From Salpingoeca rosetta (taxonomy: Eukaryota; Protista; Choanoflagellata), in contig JAWQFM010000011.1 in NCBI GenBank assembly GCA_033442325.1, positions 1,649,578 through 1,713,565 of the forward strand: 63,988 bases of DNA, written 5' to 3'. The notes below the pieces were generated by a model. The model ran no database searches. It was not told the DNA's origin and saw only the letters and a list, made by a program, of their open reading frames with translations. A program made the position numbers and the translations under genes. Positions 33,402 to 62,190 of the stretch are shown here, piece by piece. The number at the start of each line of letters is the position of its first letter. Position 1 is the first letter of the stretch.

Positions 33402-33747
33402 CGCTGCTCGCTGAGCCCCACTGGTTGTTGGCGCGCTTCAGTACTCTGGTGTTTGAAACAGAGCTGTGTCAACGTGACACGTTCATTTCGCGTGGAAAAG
33501 CCAAAGCATGGTGTCGTTTCGTGATGTGACATGATGTGAACAGCAACACGGGCATGAGCTACTTTTGTACAAAAGAAGGACAAAAAACAAAGCGAAAGCG
33601 TGCATTCTACAAGCAAGGGGACATTCGATACACATTCAATGTGCGCCAAGCACGAGATTGTAACATCATGGACATTGGCATCAACAGTGATGGTGTGCTG
33701 TACTGTCACTGCCATCGCCGCACATCAAACAAAACAGGAGAAGAGGT

Positions 33748-39784
<6,037 letters not shown>

Positions 39785-40062
39785 CGCGGCGCGTTCGCGC
39801 GTGTGCCTGTCGTTGACTACACCTCGTGCGCTGTGGGTAGTGGCTGCGTGCGCAGCTGACAGTGCCAGTGCCAGTGCCTGTGTTGATGTGCCAATGTGCA
39901 GGACAACACAAGAAGAAGGGAGCTGACAACAAGCACAAAACACCACAACACAAACACGACGTTGGTTGGTTGGTTGCTTCTTGTTGTTTGAAATTTGGGT
40001 GGTTGCGGTTATTGAAGAATTGTGGACATCTTGCTCTATTTTTCTCCCCGCAAGCAACGGCG

Positions 40063-44163
<4,101 letters not shown>

Positions 44164-44421
44164 GACACGACATAAGGCTCAACACGATGCACAATCCACA
44201 ACATTCAACAGCAATAGCCGATTACGACAATGGCGCGCTGCGATGTGATGATCACAGCAAACAACAATACCACGCAACAGCAATCTACGACATCATGAGA
44301 TACTGCATGAGGGCCTGACGCTTCTTGTGCTGTGCCCGGCTTGCCTGTTGCTGTGTCTGACGGGCGAAAGACAGTGGCGTTGTGGTGTTGAATGCGAAGT
44401 TGAATGTGAACTCAAACCCAA

Positions 44422-44574
44422 TCATGTGTATTCAAAGTCAACCATGTGCAGTAAACGAAGCAATCGTTCGTCGTCAAACAGCCCAGCGCTCGCACGCTAC
44501 GGTTTACCACCACCACAATCACTACCATCACCACCACCATCACCACCACCACCACAACCACATTCACCACCATC

Positions 44575-44607
<33 letters not shown>

Positions 44608-47600
44608 CCACCATACCAGTTCGTCGGAGAGGGCCTTGGTGATCTTGGTTGCCTCCTTGGTGATGGTGGCGTGCATGTGCTCTGTCTGCGCGTGCAGCAT
44701 TGTGCGCAGTTCATCCTTGGCGGCTTCCAACTGCTCACCCTTTAGAGCAGCGTCCTTGGCCTGTCATGGTGTGATGGACAGATGCGATGACAACGTTCTT
44801 CTCTTGTTCGCGCTCGACTGTTTCAACCCACATCCCTGTTAAACCTCCCACTTGCACCACACAACCACCACCACCACCACCACAATCATCACGACCACAA
44901 CCACGCACAACCACACAACCACAACCACACAATCACCACCACCACACCACAACGCACCGCTTGGTTCACCATGACGCGGTTTCCCTTGAGGAGAGTTGCG
45001 AGCTTGGCTTGCTGGCGCTTGAGGTTCTTGAGGCGAGTGCCCATTGCCGCTGCTGATGTGCGCTGGCTCTTGCGAAGCGACTTCAGCCGTGCCCCAAACC
45101 CGACAAGCGCCCCTTGCCTTCACACACCCATTGCATGCACATGTATGCAACACCCGTATGAGCCTGACATCATGCACACACAGCTCATCGCAAAACGGAC
45201 ATTGAAACGTGCTCAAACTATGCCCCAACAGAATGCATCTCGCATACAATCACAATCGTATCACCACAACCGCAGTCAACCTCACACACACACACACAAA
45301 CACACGCACGCACGCACACACACACACACACATACACACATACACACACACGTGCGCGCGCGTGCACGAGCAGATCTCGCCCTTAACATACAGCCTGGCT
45401 TCGAAGGAATCGATGGCCGTGTTGAGGGATTCCCAGGGCGACTCGCCCAGCACGTCAGCTGGTGCCACATCAACAACGGGGATGGCATGACTGGCAAGCC
45501 AACAAGAAAGCAAACGCGCCGCAGAAACACACACGGCAGACACAAAGTGAGTGGTGTTATCACAAGGACAGAATCACGTTGACACTGCCGCAAGATTAAG
45601 ACCTCAGGTGCCACATGTCTGCATTGTTGTGACCTTGGCTCAAATGGAACGGCTTGTGGCTGGTGGTGTTGGTGTGGCTGAATCACTGCTGCAGACTTTG
45701 TGTGTGCAGACACGGTTGCGTTGGTTTTGCTTGTGGCTGTGTTTGTCGTGGTGGTGGCGGGTTTGGGCGGCCTGACGGGCTTGGTCGACGGGCGAGGATC
45801 TGCGCTCGTGTTGCCTCGCATCAGCATGTGAGAGAGGTCGATGGCGGCATCGTCTTCTTCCCGTTGCATCGACCAATCTTGCTCGTCCAAGCTGGTGTCG
45901 ATGGGATCGGCCTCTTTGCTGCCGCGCTTGCCGGCCTTGTCCCTGGCGTCCTCCATCTCTCCATCTTCGGGAAACAGGACAGTCGCCGCCTTGACGCCTG
46001 TCGACCTGCAAACAGCAACGAAAATATGCAAACATGAGGGTGGTGCTCGGGTGTGAGTTGAATTCTGAACCTTTGTAGCCGTGCATGTCTGCGTTTGTCT
46101 GCGATCGCGACCGTGAGTGTTCACACAGTCACACAGTCACACAGTTACACACACGCACATGTGTGTGCGTGTTTGAAATGACACAAGCGAGCCGATGCAG
46201 CGCACATACAATCAAGACAACACACTTTGGGGTTGCGACAATGTTGAGGGGTCGGAACCGAGGCGTTGTGGGCTCGACGAGACCGTCCAATACCCCTTGT
46301 TGTGCTGTGCTGCCGCGCTTCGTATGCACAGCCGCTGTGAGCTCCTGCAACTCGCGCTGTTTGTTGAGCAGCTGTTGCTCGAGCTCGTCCATGCGTTGAC
46401 GATGAAGGCGCAGTGCCTGATCGTCGTGGTTGTCGCGCTCGCCATCAGCGTCATCCACGGAAGGCTTGCTCTTCCGCCGTTTCTCGTGTGTTTGACGAGA
46501 CTTGTTGTTGCTGTTGTTGCTGCTGGTGGTGGCGGTCGTGGTCGTGGTGGTTTTCTTGGCCGTCAATGCAGCCTTGCGTGCCGATGATGATGTCGCACGG
46601 CGACCCTTCTTGACGGCTGCAGTTGTTGTCTTCTGCTTTCCGCTGCTGCTGTTGTTATTGCGTGGCGTTGGTGCCCATTCCTCTTCCTCGTCCCCCTCTT
46701 GGCTCTGATCAATCGATGGGGCTGAGTCAGCATCGCTCATCTCCGTCGCTGCCCTGTCATCTTCCTCCTCGCCATCCTCGCTCACTGCCACTTGCTTCGT
46801 CTTCCGAGAGCCGCCACGTGAAGACGATGGGCGTCGCGTGGCACGAGGGGCACTTGACCGCTTGCTGCGCTTCTGTGGATGAGCATACTCCTCTTCCGCG
46901 TCGCCGTCGCCATCGCCATGTTGATGCGCTTCACTCTTGACGCTGTCGTCGCTTGCGCGTGTGTTGCGGTTCGCTCTGGCAGACTTGCGCCGTGTCGTGG
47001 ATGTGGACGTTGCTGCTTTGACAGTCTTGCGTGTTTGGCGCTTGTTGTTGGAGACGCGCTTTTCTTCGTAGTGCTGCTGCTGCTCTGGCTCCACGTCATC
47101 GTCGCTGATGCTGCCGCCGCTGCTGTTGCTGTCGGCCTCAACCTCGCGGCTTGTCTTGCGGTTGCTCCTAGTCGTGGCGCTCTTCTTGGGCTGCAGCTTC
47201 TTTGGTGCTGGCTTCGCGTTGGCGGAGCTCCTGGTTGTGCGGCCAGTGTCCTTCGTTTTGTTAGGTGCCTTGGCAGTGGCGGCCGCGGTCACGGGTTCGC
47301 GCTGCTGCTGCTGCTGCTGTTGCTGCATGGAATTGTTGCTTGAGGAGGCGCTGCCTTTTGGTGAGCGTGGATTACGGCCGAGATCCATCTGCGCTGCTGC
47401 CGGTGTCTGACGCTCAATGGCCTCAACCGCAGCAATTGCTGCTTGCGACACAATTGCAAAGTCTGCGTCGCTGTCCGTTTCGTCGACCTTCGCCGGCAGC
47501 TGCTCCACTTGTGCCTTCTTCTCTTGCTTCCCTTGCTTCCGCTTCTGTTCTTGCTGCTGCTGTTGCTGCTGCTGTTGCTGCTGCTGCTGCTTGGCGGTGT

Positions 47601-47954
47601 GCTGTTTGCTGCTGTTTGCGGGCATCTGCGCACGACCATGGTTGCGCGGGTGGTGTGCTGTTGTTGCAGAGGCAGCGGCAGCGGTGGTCATGTTGTCCTG
47701 TGGGGTAGCCTTCAGCAACCAGGGTGGGTATGATGCGGCAAGCAGTGAGCTTGTGCACGGAACTTTCGACTGTGGAAGCAGCGTGCAGGGTGCAGTCAAC
47801 CTCCGGGATACAAACAAGTCTCGACCACAGTACAAGCGCGTTGTGCACGTATTTACCTTCACTTGCATTGTGGGTCGGATGATGCGAATCGGCGTCGTCA
47901 CAGAAGCACGCATCTGTGGAATCAGCTGCATTGCAAAAGCATACGTTTGTCGCG

Positions 47955-48020
<66 letters not shown>

Positions 48021-49370
48021 GTCAAACATGTAAGTGTAACGGAACGAGAGCGACACAAGCGCACACATGCCCACACACCCGCACGCACCTTCTGAAACAC
48101 ACGTACACATACTCACCCACGTACACATATTAATCGAGCACAAGCATGGTAGCGCAGGCGCAGGTGTGCATTGGCCAACTCGCCTGTTTCTGCGTGCCAA
48201 ATGTGCGGGAGGCGGCGTGCTGGATCATGAGCCCGTCGGCGAACTTGAGCTTCAACTCGGAGAAGCTTGGGTGGTTGGGCGTCTTCTTGTCAATGGTGAC
48301 CACAAGCGAATCTGGCAGCACACACGAGCACACGGTGGACAACACCAACAGGCAAGCACAGTGAGGAGAGAAGATTGGATGGAGTGTGTCAACAAGAGGT
48401 GTTATTGGTTGATAGGGAGAAATGGATAGCCGCAAGCAAGTAGCAGAAGCAGAGAGGAAGGTAGTGAGACGAAGAGAGGAGTGTAGTAGACACAGAGGTT
48501 AAAAGGGGAAGCGGAGTGGGGAGGAAGATTGCATCACACGGTGGACTCATACCCAACTGCAGACTGCCATACCTTTCGATACGGTGAATGACAGCACATG
48601 CATGGCTTGAATGGCGATGGTGCTGTTGCTGTTTGGTTCGTCTTCGCACGCCATTTGAAAAGAGATGGTGGATGATCCGAGGTTGAAGTGTGCCAGACGA
48701 GGCAGAGAAGGGTCCAGCGCAGATGGCACCCACGCCGTGTCTTTGCCGTCAATCAGCAAGCCCGTGAGCTCTTTGCAGATGACGCTGATGACGGATAGTG
48801 GGTGGTGTGAGAGTTAAATATGTGTGTGTGTGTGTGCGTGAGTGGTTGTGCGTGTGCGTGAGTGGTTGTGCGTGTGCGTGAGTGGTTGCGCGTGGTTGTG
48901 TTGGCAAGAAAGGGCTGAGACGCAAGCGCGGAGAGAGTCGCGGCACCTCAGCAATGTACCGCCATCACGGAGTGCACCATTCAAGTTACAAACAAGCAGC
49001 ACAGCAACGTACGACTGGGAGGCGTTGTTGATGGCGACGAGGCAGCGGGTGCAGTCTTCCTCAAAATGGGAAGCGCGAAGGCTGTGGAAGCACTTGACGA
49101 GCGCTTCCGCTTCCGGATCCTTCCCAGTCGGCGTGAACACCTCAGACCGTGTCTAGTGGCAACAAACACAAAACAAAATATGAGCGAGTGTGAGTAAGAG
49201 GGGAGAGGTGGGTGAGACGTAAGATAAGATGAGTGGATTGGCAATACGATGGCGTGATCAAGATGCACAGCTGTACAAACGTGCATTGCACAACCGTAGG
49301 AAGTCAGAACGCAGGAACTCTGACAGATCAATGCACATACCACCCCCTCCCACACACACACACACACACA

Positions 49371-49421
<51 letters not shown>

Positions 49422-49503
49422 ACGCACGCACGCACACGCACACACACACGCACACACGCGCGCGCACGCACGCACACGCACACGCACACGCACACGCACA
49501 CGC

Positions 49504-49534
<31 letters not shown>

Positions 49535-51099
49535 TACCGATTTGGAGGTGCAAGAGAAGATGGCGCTGACCAGCTCCATTTGGAGGTCAAAGTCTACACC
49601 ATGAGCGCCAGACACGTCGAGCACCATTGCACACGTTAGGAGGAATGGTGAGTGAGGACCAGCGAGTGCTGCTGATCTTGCTGTTGGGCGGGTGGGTTTC
49701 GTCGTGCGGGCATGATATGTGCAAGACACATGAGGACAAGGGTGGACGCACCGCCAAAGTCTGGAATGCGAAGAACAACGGGGCGCAAAGCAGCGGCATT
49801 CAGTTCCAAGTGCAGGGCCTTGAGAATCTTCTTGTCGGATGCCTCAACAAGATCATTGGCCACCTGGGCAGCCTGTTGTGGTGTGACGCCAATTGGACAG
49901 TTATGAGAAGGCCACCACGAAGCCACGAGAACGGGTCAAACAGCACCGAAGAGGAGTGGCGCATCCATTGCAAGCCACAGAGCCACGCATGTTGCATTCA
50001 CACACACATACACACACACGCACGCACGCACACCTTGAGGGCGTATCGGTAGGAGAAAGCGCCGTCGAGAAAGGCGAGAGGGATGTGCAGGAGTACGGCG
50101 AACACTTTGGCGGCAACTGTAGGCTGACCCCATGCTGCCTGGCACACCTGGATGATCAGCTGTGCGTCGCCGTCGAGGCCATCGCGACGAGTTTCGATGA
50201 TGTCGCCAATGGTCTTCAGCAGGTCGGCGGCATAGCTGGTGATGCCGTAGCGGTGGGCGGGTGTTCCCAGGCACTTGGCCAGAGCAATCAGCGCGCAGCT
50301 GCGTCCGCGCCCGCCATTGTTCTGTCAGACGCGCATTGAGAGAGAGAGGGAGAGCAAAGGTGGGGCGAGGAAGATGCTGAGATGAGGCCCGTAAAGAGGA
50401 AACGGTTCGCGCGCGCAAACCTGCACAGGAACCAACACCGGTGTTGGTGGAGGAACACATACAGCAGCAGCAGCAGCAGCAGCAACAGCGGCAACAGCAG
50501 CAACAGCGGCAGCAGCAGCAACAGCGGCAAGAGCAGAACAACGCGTCCGACATGACAGAGGAGCACGCAAGGGGATGGTGGCAATAACACACAAAGCATG
50601 GCGAGTGCGCGAAGTCAAGCACGTAAGCACATGCACGCACGCGCAAACACTCGCGCACCAGCAGGGTTTGGAGTTCTTGGAACGTGGGCTTGGAACACTT
50701 GATGACGGCGCCTTTCTTCGGAACGAACTCCTGCAGTGCGTCACACTGTTCATCAGCCGTGGGGAGCTTCTTGAAGATCTCCATCAGGCTCGTGTCAAGA
50801 CGAAGCGGAGGCATCCTGGGTGTGGAGACAAAAGGTCAGGGACGCGGAGAACTGTCGTGGTGCACGGTCGGGGGATGGGGAAGAGAATGGTGTGGAAGTG
50901 TTGGTGGACGTCGTGTGTAAGGATGGGAAAAGGAAAAAATGAACTTGCCGCCAACAAAGCAGCAAGGGCACGTGGATTAGGCACCACCATAACGTACTCA
51001 CAGCAAAGTATCTGGACAGTACGTTGCATGTTGGCTCGCGGGACACGCTATGAGATGTGGTTTTGCAAGCAATGGATTGCGTACGCCGATGTCGGACAT
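44422..51099 (-). CDS. SYCP2/Red1/Rec10-like meiotic chromosome-axis protein (ARM-like plus Spt16M/PH-like N-terminus, disordered basic middle, C-terminal coiled coil)
   Basis: Exons encode [28 protein letters not shown] and [13 protein letters not shown], resembling recalled SYCP2 motifs DYDLQV..EAL, EFETDCRKFLNLVNG and DFNLGSQTLSFY. The 5' exon and start codon are tentative. Confidence 0.65.
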
Positions 51100-51101
51100 G
51101 A

Positions 51102-51224
<123 letters not shown>

Positions 51225-51244
51225 CATGCAAGTGGTGTTGTTTG

Positions 51245-51501
51245 TTTTCCCGCCATAATGTTATGTCATGAATGATGCCACTGTTTTCTGATTTGTGCTG
51301 CCTATTGGCTTGATCAGCGAGGTGGAAGGGTAAACACACACACACATGCACAGAGCCCGCGCTGAGCTGGTACCCTATGACCCTGTTGCAGTTCAGTGTT
51401 GACCTTGACAAGGACACTCGATTGCACTCCAAGCAAGAGATGTTTGAACACACCGCTTCCCGCCAAACGAAAACGAAACCAGTTCAAATTCTTCCCGCCA
51501 A
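51245..51501. promoter_or_regulatory. Cluster of E2F-like TTCCCGCCA motifs with adjacent CHR-like TTYRAA in a divergent promoter
   Basis: TTTTCCCGCCA at 51245; CTTCCCGCCAA at 51456 and 51491; TTTGAA at 51443; TTCAAA at 51483. Confidence 0.45.
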
Positions 51502-51541
51502 GCAGTGAAGACTGAAGTCAGTTTCCCATTTTCTCCGCACG

Positions 51542-56031
<4,490 letters not shown>

Positions 56032-56613
56032 CGCTGGTGGCGGTGACCTGTGCGTTGACGACATGTGTTGTGGTGTGTGTGTGTGTGGGGTGTTGTTGAT
56101 AGGGGAGAGGATAGCGTGGTGCGTGGGCGCATGCTGTACACGTTTTAGTGCATGCGTTTGTTGTCAGTGTGAGCGCGTGTGAATCATGTACATAATATGT
56201 TCCTAGAACAGCAGCGAGATGACGTGACGTGTGTGTTTGTTGGTTTATGCGCGTTTACATACCAGACCGTGCGTGTGCGGGCATGTGTTAAGCGGATGCT
56301 CGTAAGCGTTAAGAACAGCAATACACCCAAAAACAAACACATGGCAGGCAAAGAGTAGCGTGTGTTCACACGCAAGCAAGGAAGAATAAGAGCGGCGGCC
56401 CGCAAAACAAAGGAAGAGAAAGGGGCCTTGCCACCAAATAACCAGTAGCCAAAGGTGATTAAGCTACAACGAACACAACTTCAACCAAACAAAGCGTGGT
56501 TGGGACAAACACAGGGACGTCGGCACACGCGCTCAAACACACCCTCTCCAAACACAACACAACACAAGACAACACAACACAACACACACTACACAGGCTC
56601 ACTCGTACATTCA

Positions 56614-56692
<79 letters not shown>

Positions 56693-56710
56693 GGCAACCT
56701 CATACACCCG

Positions 56711-56980
56711 TCACATGCCCATTTTCTTCTCAACGAGTTTCCGCTTCCACTCTGGCATGTTTGCCATCTCCTGGTGTCGCTTCTCTTCTTCCTCTTTCTT
56801 CTTCAACATCGGCGCCATTGCTGCTTTTCGCTTCTCCTCCTGCGAACACACACGCAGGAACACAGGCACGATTGGGTTGGTTGGAAGGCACAGGTGAGAG
56901 TTCGAAACCGCCATGAAAACGTGGAATTGACAGCACCAACAGCAAACTGGCGCCAAGCTCACATACAGTGCGCATACACG

Positions 56981-57043
<63 letters not shown>

Positions 57044-60000
57044 ACGACGCTACACACCTTTGCCATGAGAATCTTCTTCTTCCACTCTGGGACGCCTGCC
57101 CACTTGGCGGCCTCATCTGCCTGCGCCTGGCGATCTTTCGCCGCGGCCTCCTCCGCCTTTGCCTTCTTGCGAGCAGCAATCAGCGCCTGCACTGATGGCT
57201 TCGCACCACCCGTGTCACCCTGCTGTGTTGGTTTGGGCGATGTTGGTTTGGGCGCGGGAGGAGGTGGTGGCTGCTTTACTGCCGAGTTTGCCGGCTTGTT
57301 CATCACAGCGGGCGGTGGCGGTGGCGGCAGGGGTGGCGATGTTGTTGATGATGATGGTGATGATGATGATGATGATGTGTCTTCACCATCCTTTCCTTGG
57401 TCAACCGGCTCGTCCTGTGATGCAGTAGGTGGCGGCGGCGGTGATTTTGATGGCGTGTCTGTCATCGTCTGTCGTCGTCGGTTTTGTCGCATTCGCAGCT
57501 CGCTCATCATATCCATCGGCTCTTTGCGGGCAGCAGCTGACGGTGGTGGTCGCATTGACAGGTAAGCGTTGGGGAAGGATGAGCATGTGGAAGAGCAAGC
57601 GTGAGATCATGTGTGGGAGTGAGGTCGTGTATGAGGTGCAGCAAGCACTGACATCCAAAAAAAAAAAAAGACAGACAGACAGACACAGCAGCGCACTGAC
57701 CAAAGGACACAAAGCACACGAGTGCAAGTCAAAAGCTAAAGTCACGCTCTCGCCGCAAGTACCGAGTCACTCTATCAACACGAATGCAAACATCCAAAGA
57801 AAACAGACGGTACATGCAGTAACACGCCACGTGGGCACACCTTTTGGGCTCGGCGCTCTGTCCGCAGCCTTTCGCAGCTTGACGCCACCTTGAATTGCAC
57901 TGAGCAAATCTGCTCGCCCGTCCCCATCGCCGCTGCTGTTCTGTGGCGATGATGACGATGTTGATGATGACGGTTCCGCCTTCTTCAGCTTCGCGCCCTT
58001 GAGCGCCGCCAGCAGTGCACCGTTCCTTCCTCCGTTGTTGTTGCTGTCTTCTGTGCTGCTGCCGAGTGGGCCTGGCGGCGGAGGAGGCGGTGGCGGTGCA
58101 GTGGCGGTGGTTTGGGATGTCGAGGGAGGAGGAGGAGGTGGTGGTGGCGGTGGTGGTTGCTGCTGCTGCTTGGTTGGTGTTGCTGATGATGCTTGGGGAA
58201 AAGGAGGTGGTGGGGGAGGTGGTGGCGCTGATACAGCTGTCTTTGGTGCCTGCACTGACAATGCTGATGGTGGAGGAGGAGGTGGGAGTGGGGCAGAGGG
58301 CTGTTGCGATGCTGACGATGCTGGCGGTGCTGCTGGTGGGGGAGGAGGTGGTGGTGGTGGTGGCGCCGCCAATGTTGCGGTGGCCTTGGGAAGCGATGGA
58401 GTGGGTTGGGCCTTGGGTGCAGGTGGCGGCGTGGGAGCAGCAGGTGCAGCAGGTGGCCGTGTTGATGCCGGGGCTGAGGATGGGGCCATGCTTGCTCTGC
58501 GCTTGTTTGCTGCCGCTGCCACTGCAGCAGCAATGCTGTTGCCTGATGCTGCTGCTGGTGGTGGTGGCGCTTTGGACACTGGCGGCGGAGAGCGAACAAA
58601 CATGTGCAAATAAAGCGAGGGCGAGTGAAGGAGTGAGCGAACAAAGAAGAAGCAAGAAAGAAGGCAGGGAGACAGAGAGAATTGGGCTGCGGTTGAGAAA
58701 AGGGAGGCGAAAGATGTGTACACGAAGGAGAAAGCCACAATAAATACATACACGTGTGTCGGCTTACCTTCCGAGGGTGTGGATTGGTTGGCTGGCTTCA
58801 GTTTTGCTCCCTGGAGGGCTGCAGCCAACCCACCGCTTGCTGATGGTGACGGCGCTGGCGATGTTGTGTTGCTTGGCTGCTGTGGCTGCTGTGGTTGCTG
58901 TGGCTGCTGTGATGGAGCCGGTGGCGGCGGTGGTGGCGGCGGTGGTGCTGGACCACCTGTCGGAGTTGATGCACTTGTTGTTGCTGGTGGTGCTGGTGGT
59001 GCTGGTGGCGGTGGCGGTGGCGGTGGCGGTGGCGGTGGCGGTGCGGTGCCTGCACTTGCGGTTGCTGCTGGCTTTGTTGTGGTGGTTGGCGAGGTCACCG
59101 ATGCCATGGCCGCAGGTGGCGGTGGCGGTGGCGGTGGAGGTGTGGATGTTGTTGATGTTGCTGGTGTTGTGCTGGTTGCTTGCGATGCCGGTGGCGGCGG
59201 CGGCGGCGGCGGAGGTGGCGGTGCTTGTGTCTGTGGTATTGGTGTGAGCGGAGACAGTGGTGCCGCTGATGCAATGCCGCTGGTCGCTGACGAGCTTACA
59301 CTTGTCTGCTCCTTAACGCTCGTGTTATCTCCATGCTGTCGTTTATGGCCATCGCTTGGTTGCTGCTGTTTTGCGTCCCCAGCGCTGTTGTCATCACCAT
59401 CGTTATCGTCGTCCTTGCGGGCTACCGCTGATGGCTTCTGCATGGGTGGTGGCGGCGGTGCACGGCGACGTCGTTTGCTCACCGTGTTCTTATCCTTCAG
59501 CTTCTTCGAGAAGCCAGTCACAATGGTGCTCTCTGCTGGTGCCCGTGGTGCCCGTGGTGCCTCTGGTGCCGTTGCCGCCGACAACGATGACGATGCTGGT
59601 GCAGCGGTGGTTGGTGTTGCAGATGCCGTGGCGATGGTGCTCTTCGCAACGGTGTCTGAGCGATCACGCATACCCTTGTGCTTGGCCGTGTGTTTCTTGC
59701 TGTCGCCATCCTCCTCACCGGCCTCTTCCACGAGCGGTGCGTGCTTCAGCAAGTTCTTCACGCGCTTGTTGAGCTTCTTCTCTGCCGCCTTGCTTGTGCC
59801 GGCATCGCTGCTGGTACGAATGCGTTCCTTGCTCTTGTCCCGCAGCCGTGAGAGCCATCCGAACGACGACCGTCGTCTCGGCTTCCCGCCCTCCTGCGCC
59901 TCGCTGCCCTTGCGTGACGCCGCCACGCTGCTGGTGGCACTGCCAATGCTGTCGTTGTCGTTGCTGTTGCCGTTGGATGCCGGCGGCGGCGGAGGTGGTG

Positions 60001-62016
60001 CGCGCACCGCTTCCAGCGAGGATTGGCGAGCTGTTGTGAATGTGGGGCGGGATGCATGAACAAAAGTGATGGGCAAGTGAGGTTGAATGGGAGAATGACG
60101 CAATTGAAGCGAATAAGAGAATGAATGAGAGAGAGTGTGTGTGTGCGTGTATGTGGATGTGGATGTGAGTGAGTGTGTGGATACGAGTGAGTGCTTGCGT
60201 GTGAATGTGGGTGAGAGAGTGTATGTGGTGTGGATGTACGCTTGCGAACGTGGATGTGAGTGAAATGTGAGCGTATGCATGGAGGCAATTCTCATTCGAA
60301 AAAGAAAGGGAGACTGGGTTCCAAGCAAGAGCCCACGAGTGAGCCAAGCCCCATCGCTTCTTCTGTCTCAGCGTGCACAGTGCATGCAGTTGTATCGTAC
60401 CCAGTGCAGGCATGTGTTTTGCCTGAAGTGTTTGGCGTCGCGCCGGCTTGTCGTTGCTCCTGGCCATTGCTCGTCTCGCTGTTCGCAACTGCTGCTGCAA
60501 CACGGCGTCCTCATCCTCATCTCCTTCATCGTCCGTGTCCACGTACTCGTGATCATCATCGGCACCATCATCATCGTCGTCGTCGTCGTCATGATCATTG
60601 TGGCCATCATGGGGGCTGTCGCTGTCATACATTCGGCTGCCACGTCCACTGTGCAGCTTGCTCTGTCGCCGACCTTCCTTGTCGCCTTTCTTGCGCCAAA
60701 ATGCCTGTTGGTTTGGGGGGAGGTTGGTAAGTGGTGCGTGTGTGTGTTGAGAGGAGGGGGAGGGGGTTGGTTGGTTGGTAGGTTGGTTGTGTAAGCAGCA
60801 ACTTGGGCGGGCGGAGTGTTGCATCAAATCAGCAAGGCCGAAACACGTGCAGCAGACCGTGTGTGGAGGACACGGCAGGAACATCGCTGGGCAAATGCCC
60901 CACCAGCGTACCTTTGAAGCCATTGGGATGAGGGCGCCTGGAGCGATTTCATCGTCGGCGACCCAGGGCCCGGCAGGCTCGACGTCCCACGGAGGACACG
61001 GCTCGTCTTCGTCCACGTTGGTGCTGTTTTCGTAATCAAAGACGCCCTCGTCGTCCAGTCGAAGCTCGAGCGAGGTCACGGAGCCACGGTTTGGCGGCAG
61101 GGGCGGCGGTGGCGCTGCGACGCGGGTGATGTTGCGTGTGCATGTGAGTGTTTTTGTGTGATTGTGTGTTTGTGTACATGAGCGCGTGTGAGCATGTGAG
61201 TATTTTTGTGTGATTGTGAGTGTGTGTACATGTGCGTGTGTGAACGATTGTATATGTGAATGGGTATCAAGTTCGTAATGCATGTTTGATGATGGAGAGA
61301 GACACAATTATTGGGGGACGATAACATTCTCCATGGCTCACTCATTCGCGCGCGTTAACACCCACACACACCCACACACACACACAGACACAGAGACAGA
61401 CACACAGGCACACAGGCACACACACACACACACACACAGACGCACACACCTGGTGCTGCTGGTGCGTCCTGCTTGACGTCGACGCTGTAGAGCGGGTTGA
61501 GATACACGCCCGTGTTCTTTCGCTTTGCCTGCAGCTGCTGGAACTCCAGCTTCTGCGCGCGTTTCTTCAAGTGCTCCTCGTCATCATAGTACATGCGCCG
61601 CTCGCTCGCCTTTTTCAGAAAGATCTGAAGGTCGTTGGCGTTGCATGTGGGCGAATGATGTTGAGGATGAATAGGGGTGAGAAAGTATGTAGATGTGTGC
61701 GTTTGTGTGAAGGTGTGAATGGAGATGTGTGCGTTTGTGTTAAGGTGTGTCGATGTGTATGAATGTAGATATGCGCATGGACGTTGTGTTGTGCGTGGTA
61801 CGCTTGTCCATCGCACCTTATCGACGTCGTCCTCCAGCAGCTCCATGGCGGGCTCGTCGTCATCAAGAAACACGGGCTCTGCGGGGGAGGGGGAGTGCAG
61901 TGGGATGTGTGAGGTACAAATCGATCGGAGTGTGGCGTGTTTGAAGGTACAGGCCCCACAAGCACAAGCACACACAACACCAAAAGTACACACGCACACG
62001 CACACAAGACCAAGCG

Positions 62017-62086
<70 letters not shown>

Positions 62087-62126
62087 GAGCACGCACACAC
62101 ACACACACACACACACAAACACAGAG

Positions 62127-62190
<64 letters not shown>

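Noticed and set aside
32025-33529. ORFs of 390-500 aa
   Set aside because: They read through an N gap and (TG)n repeats.
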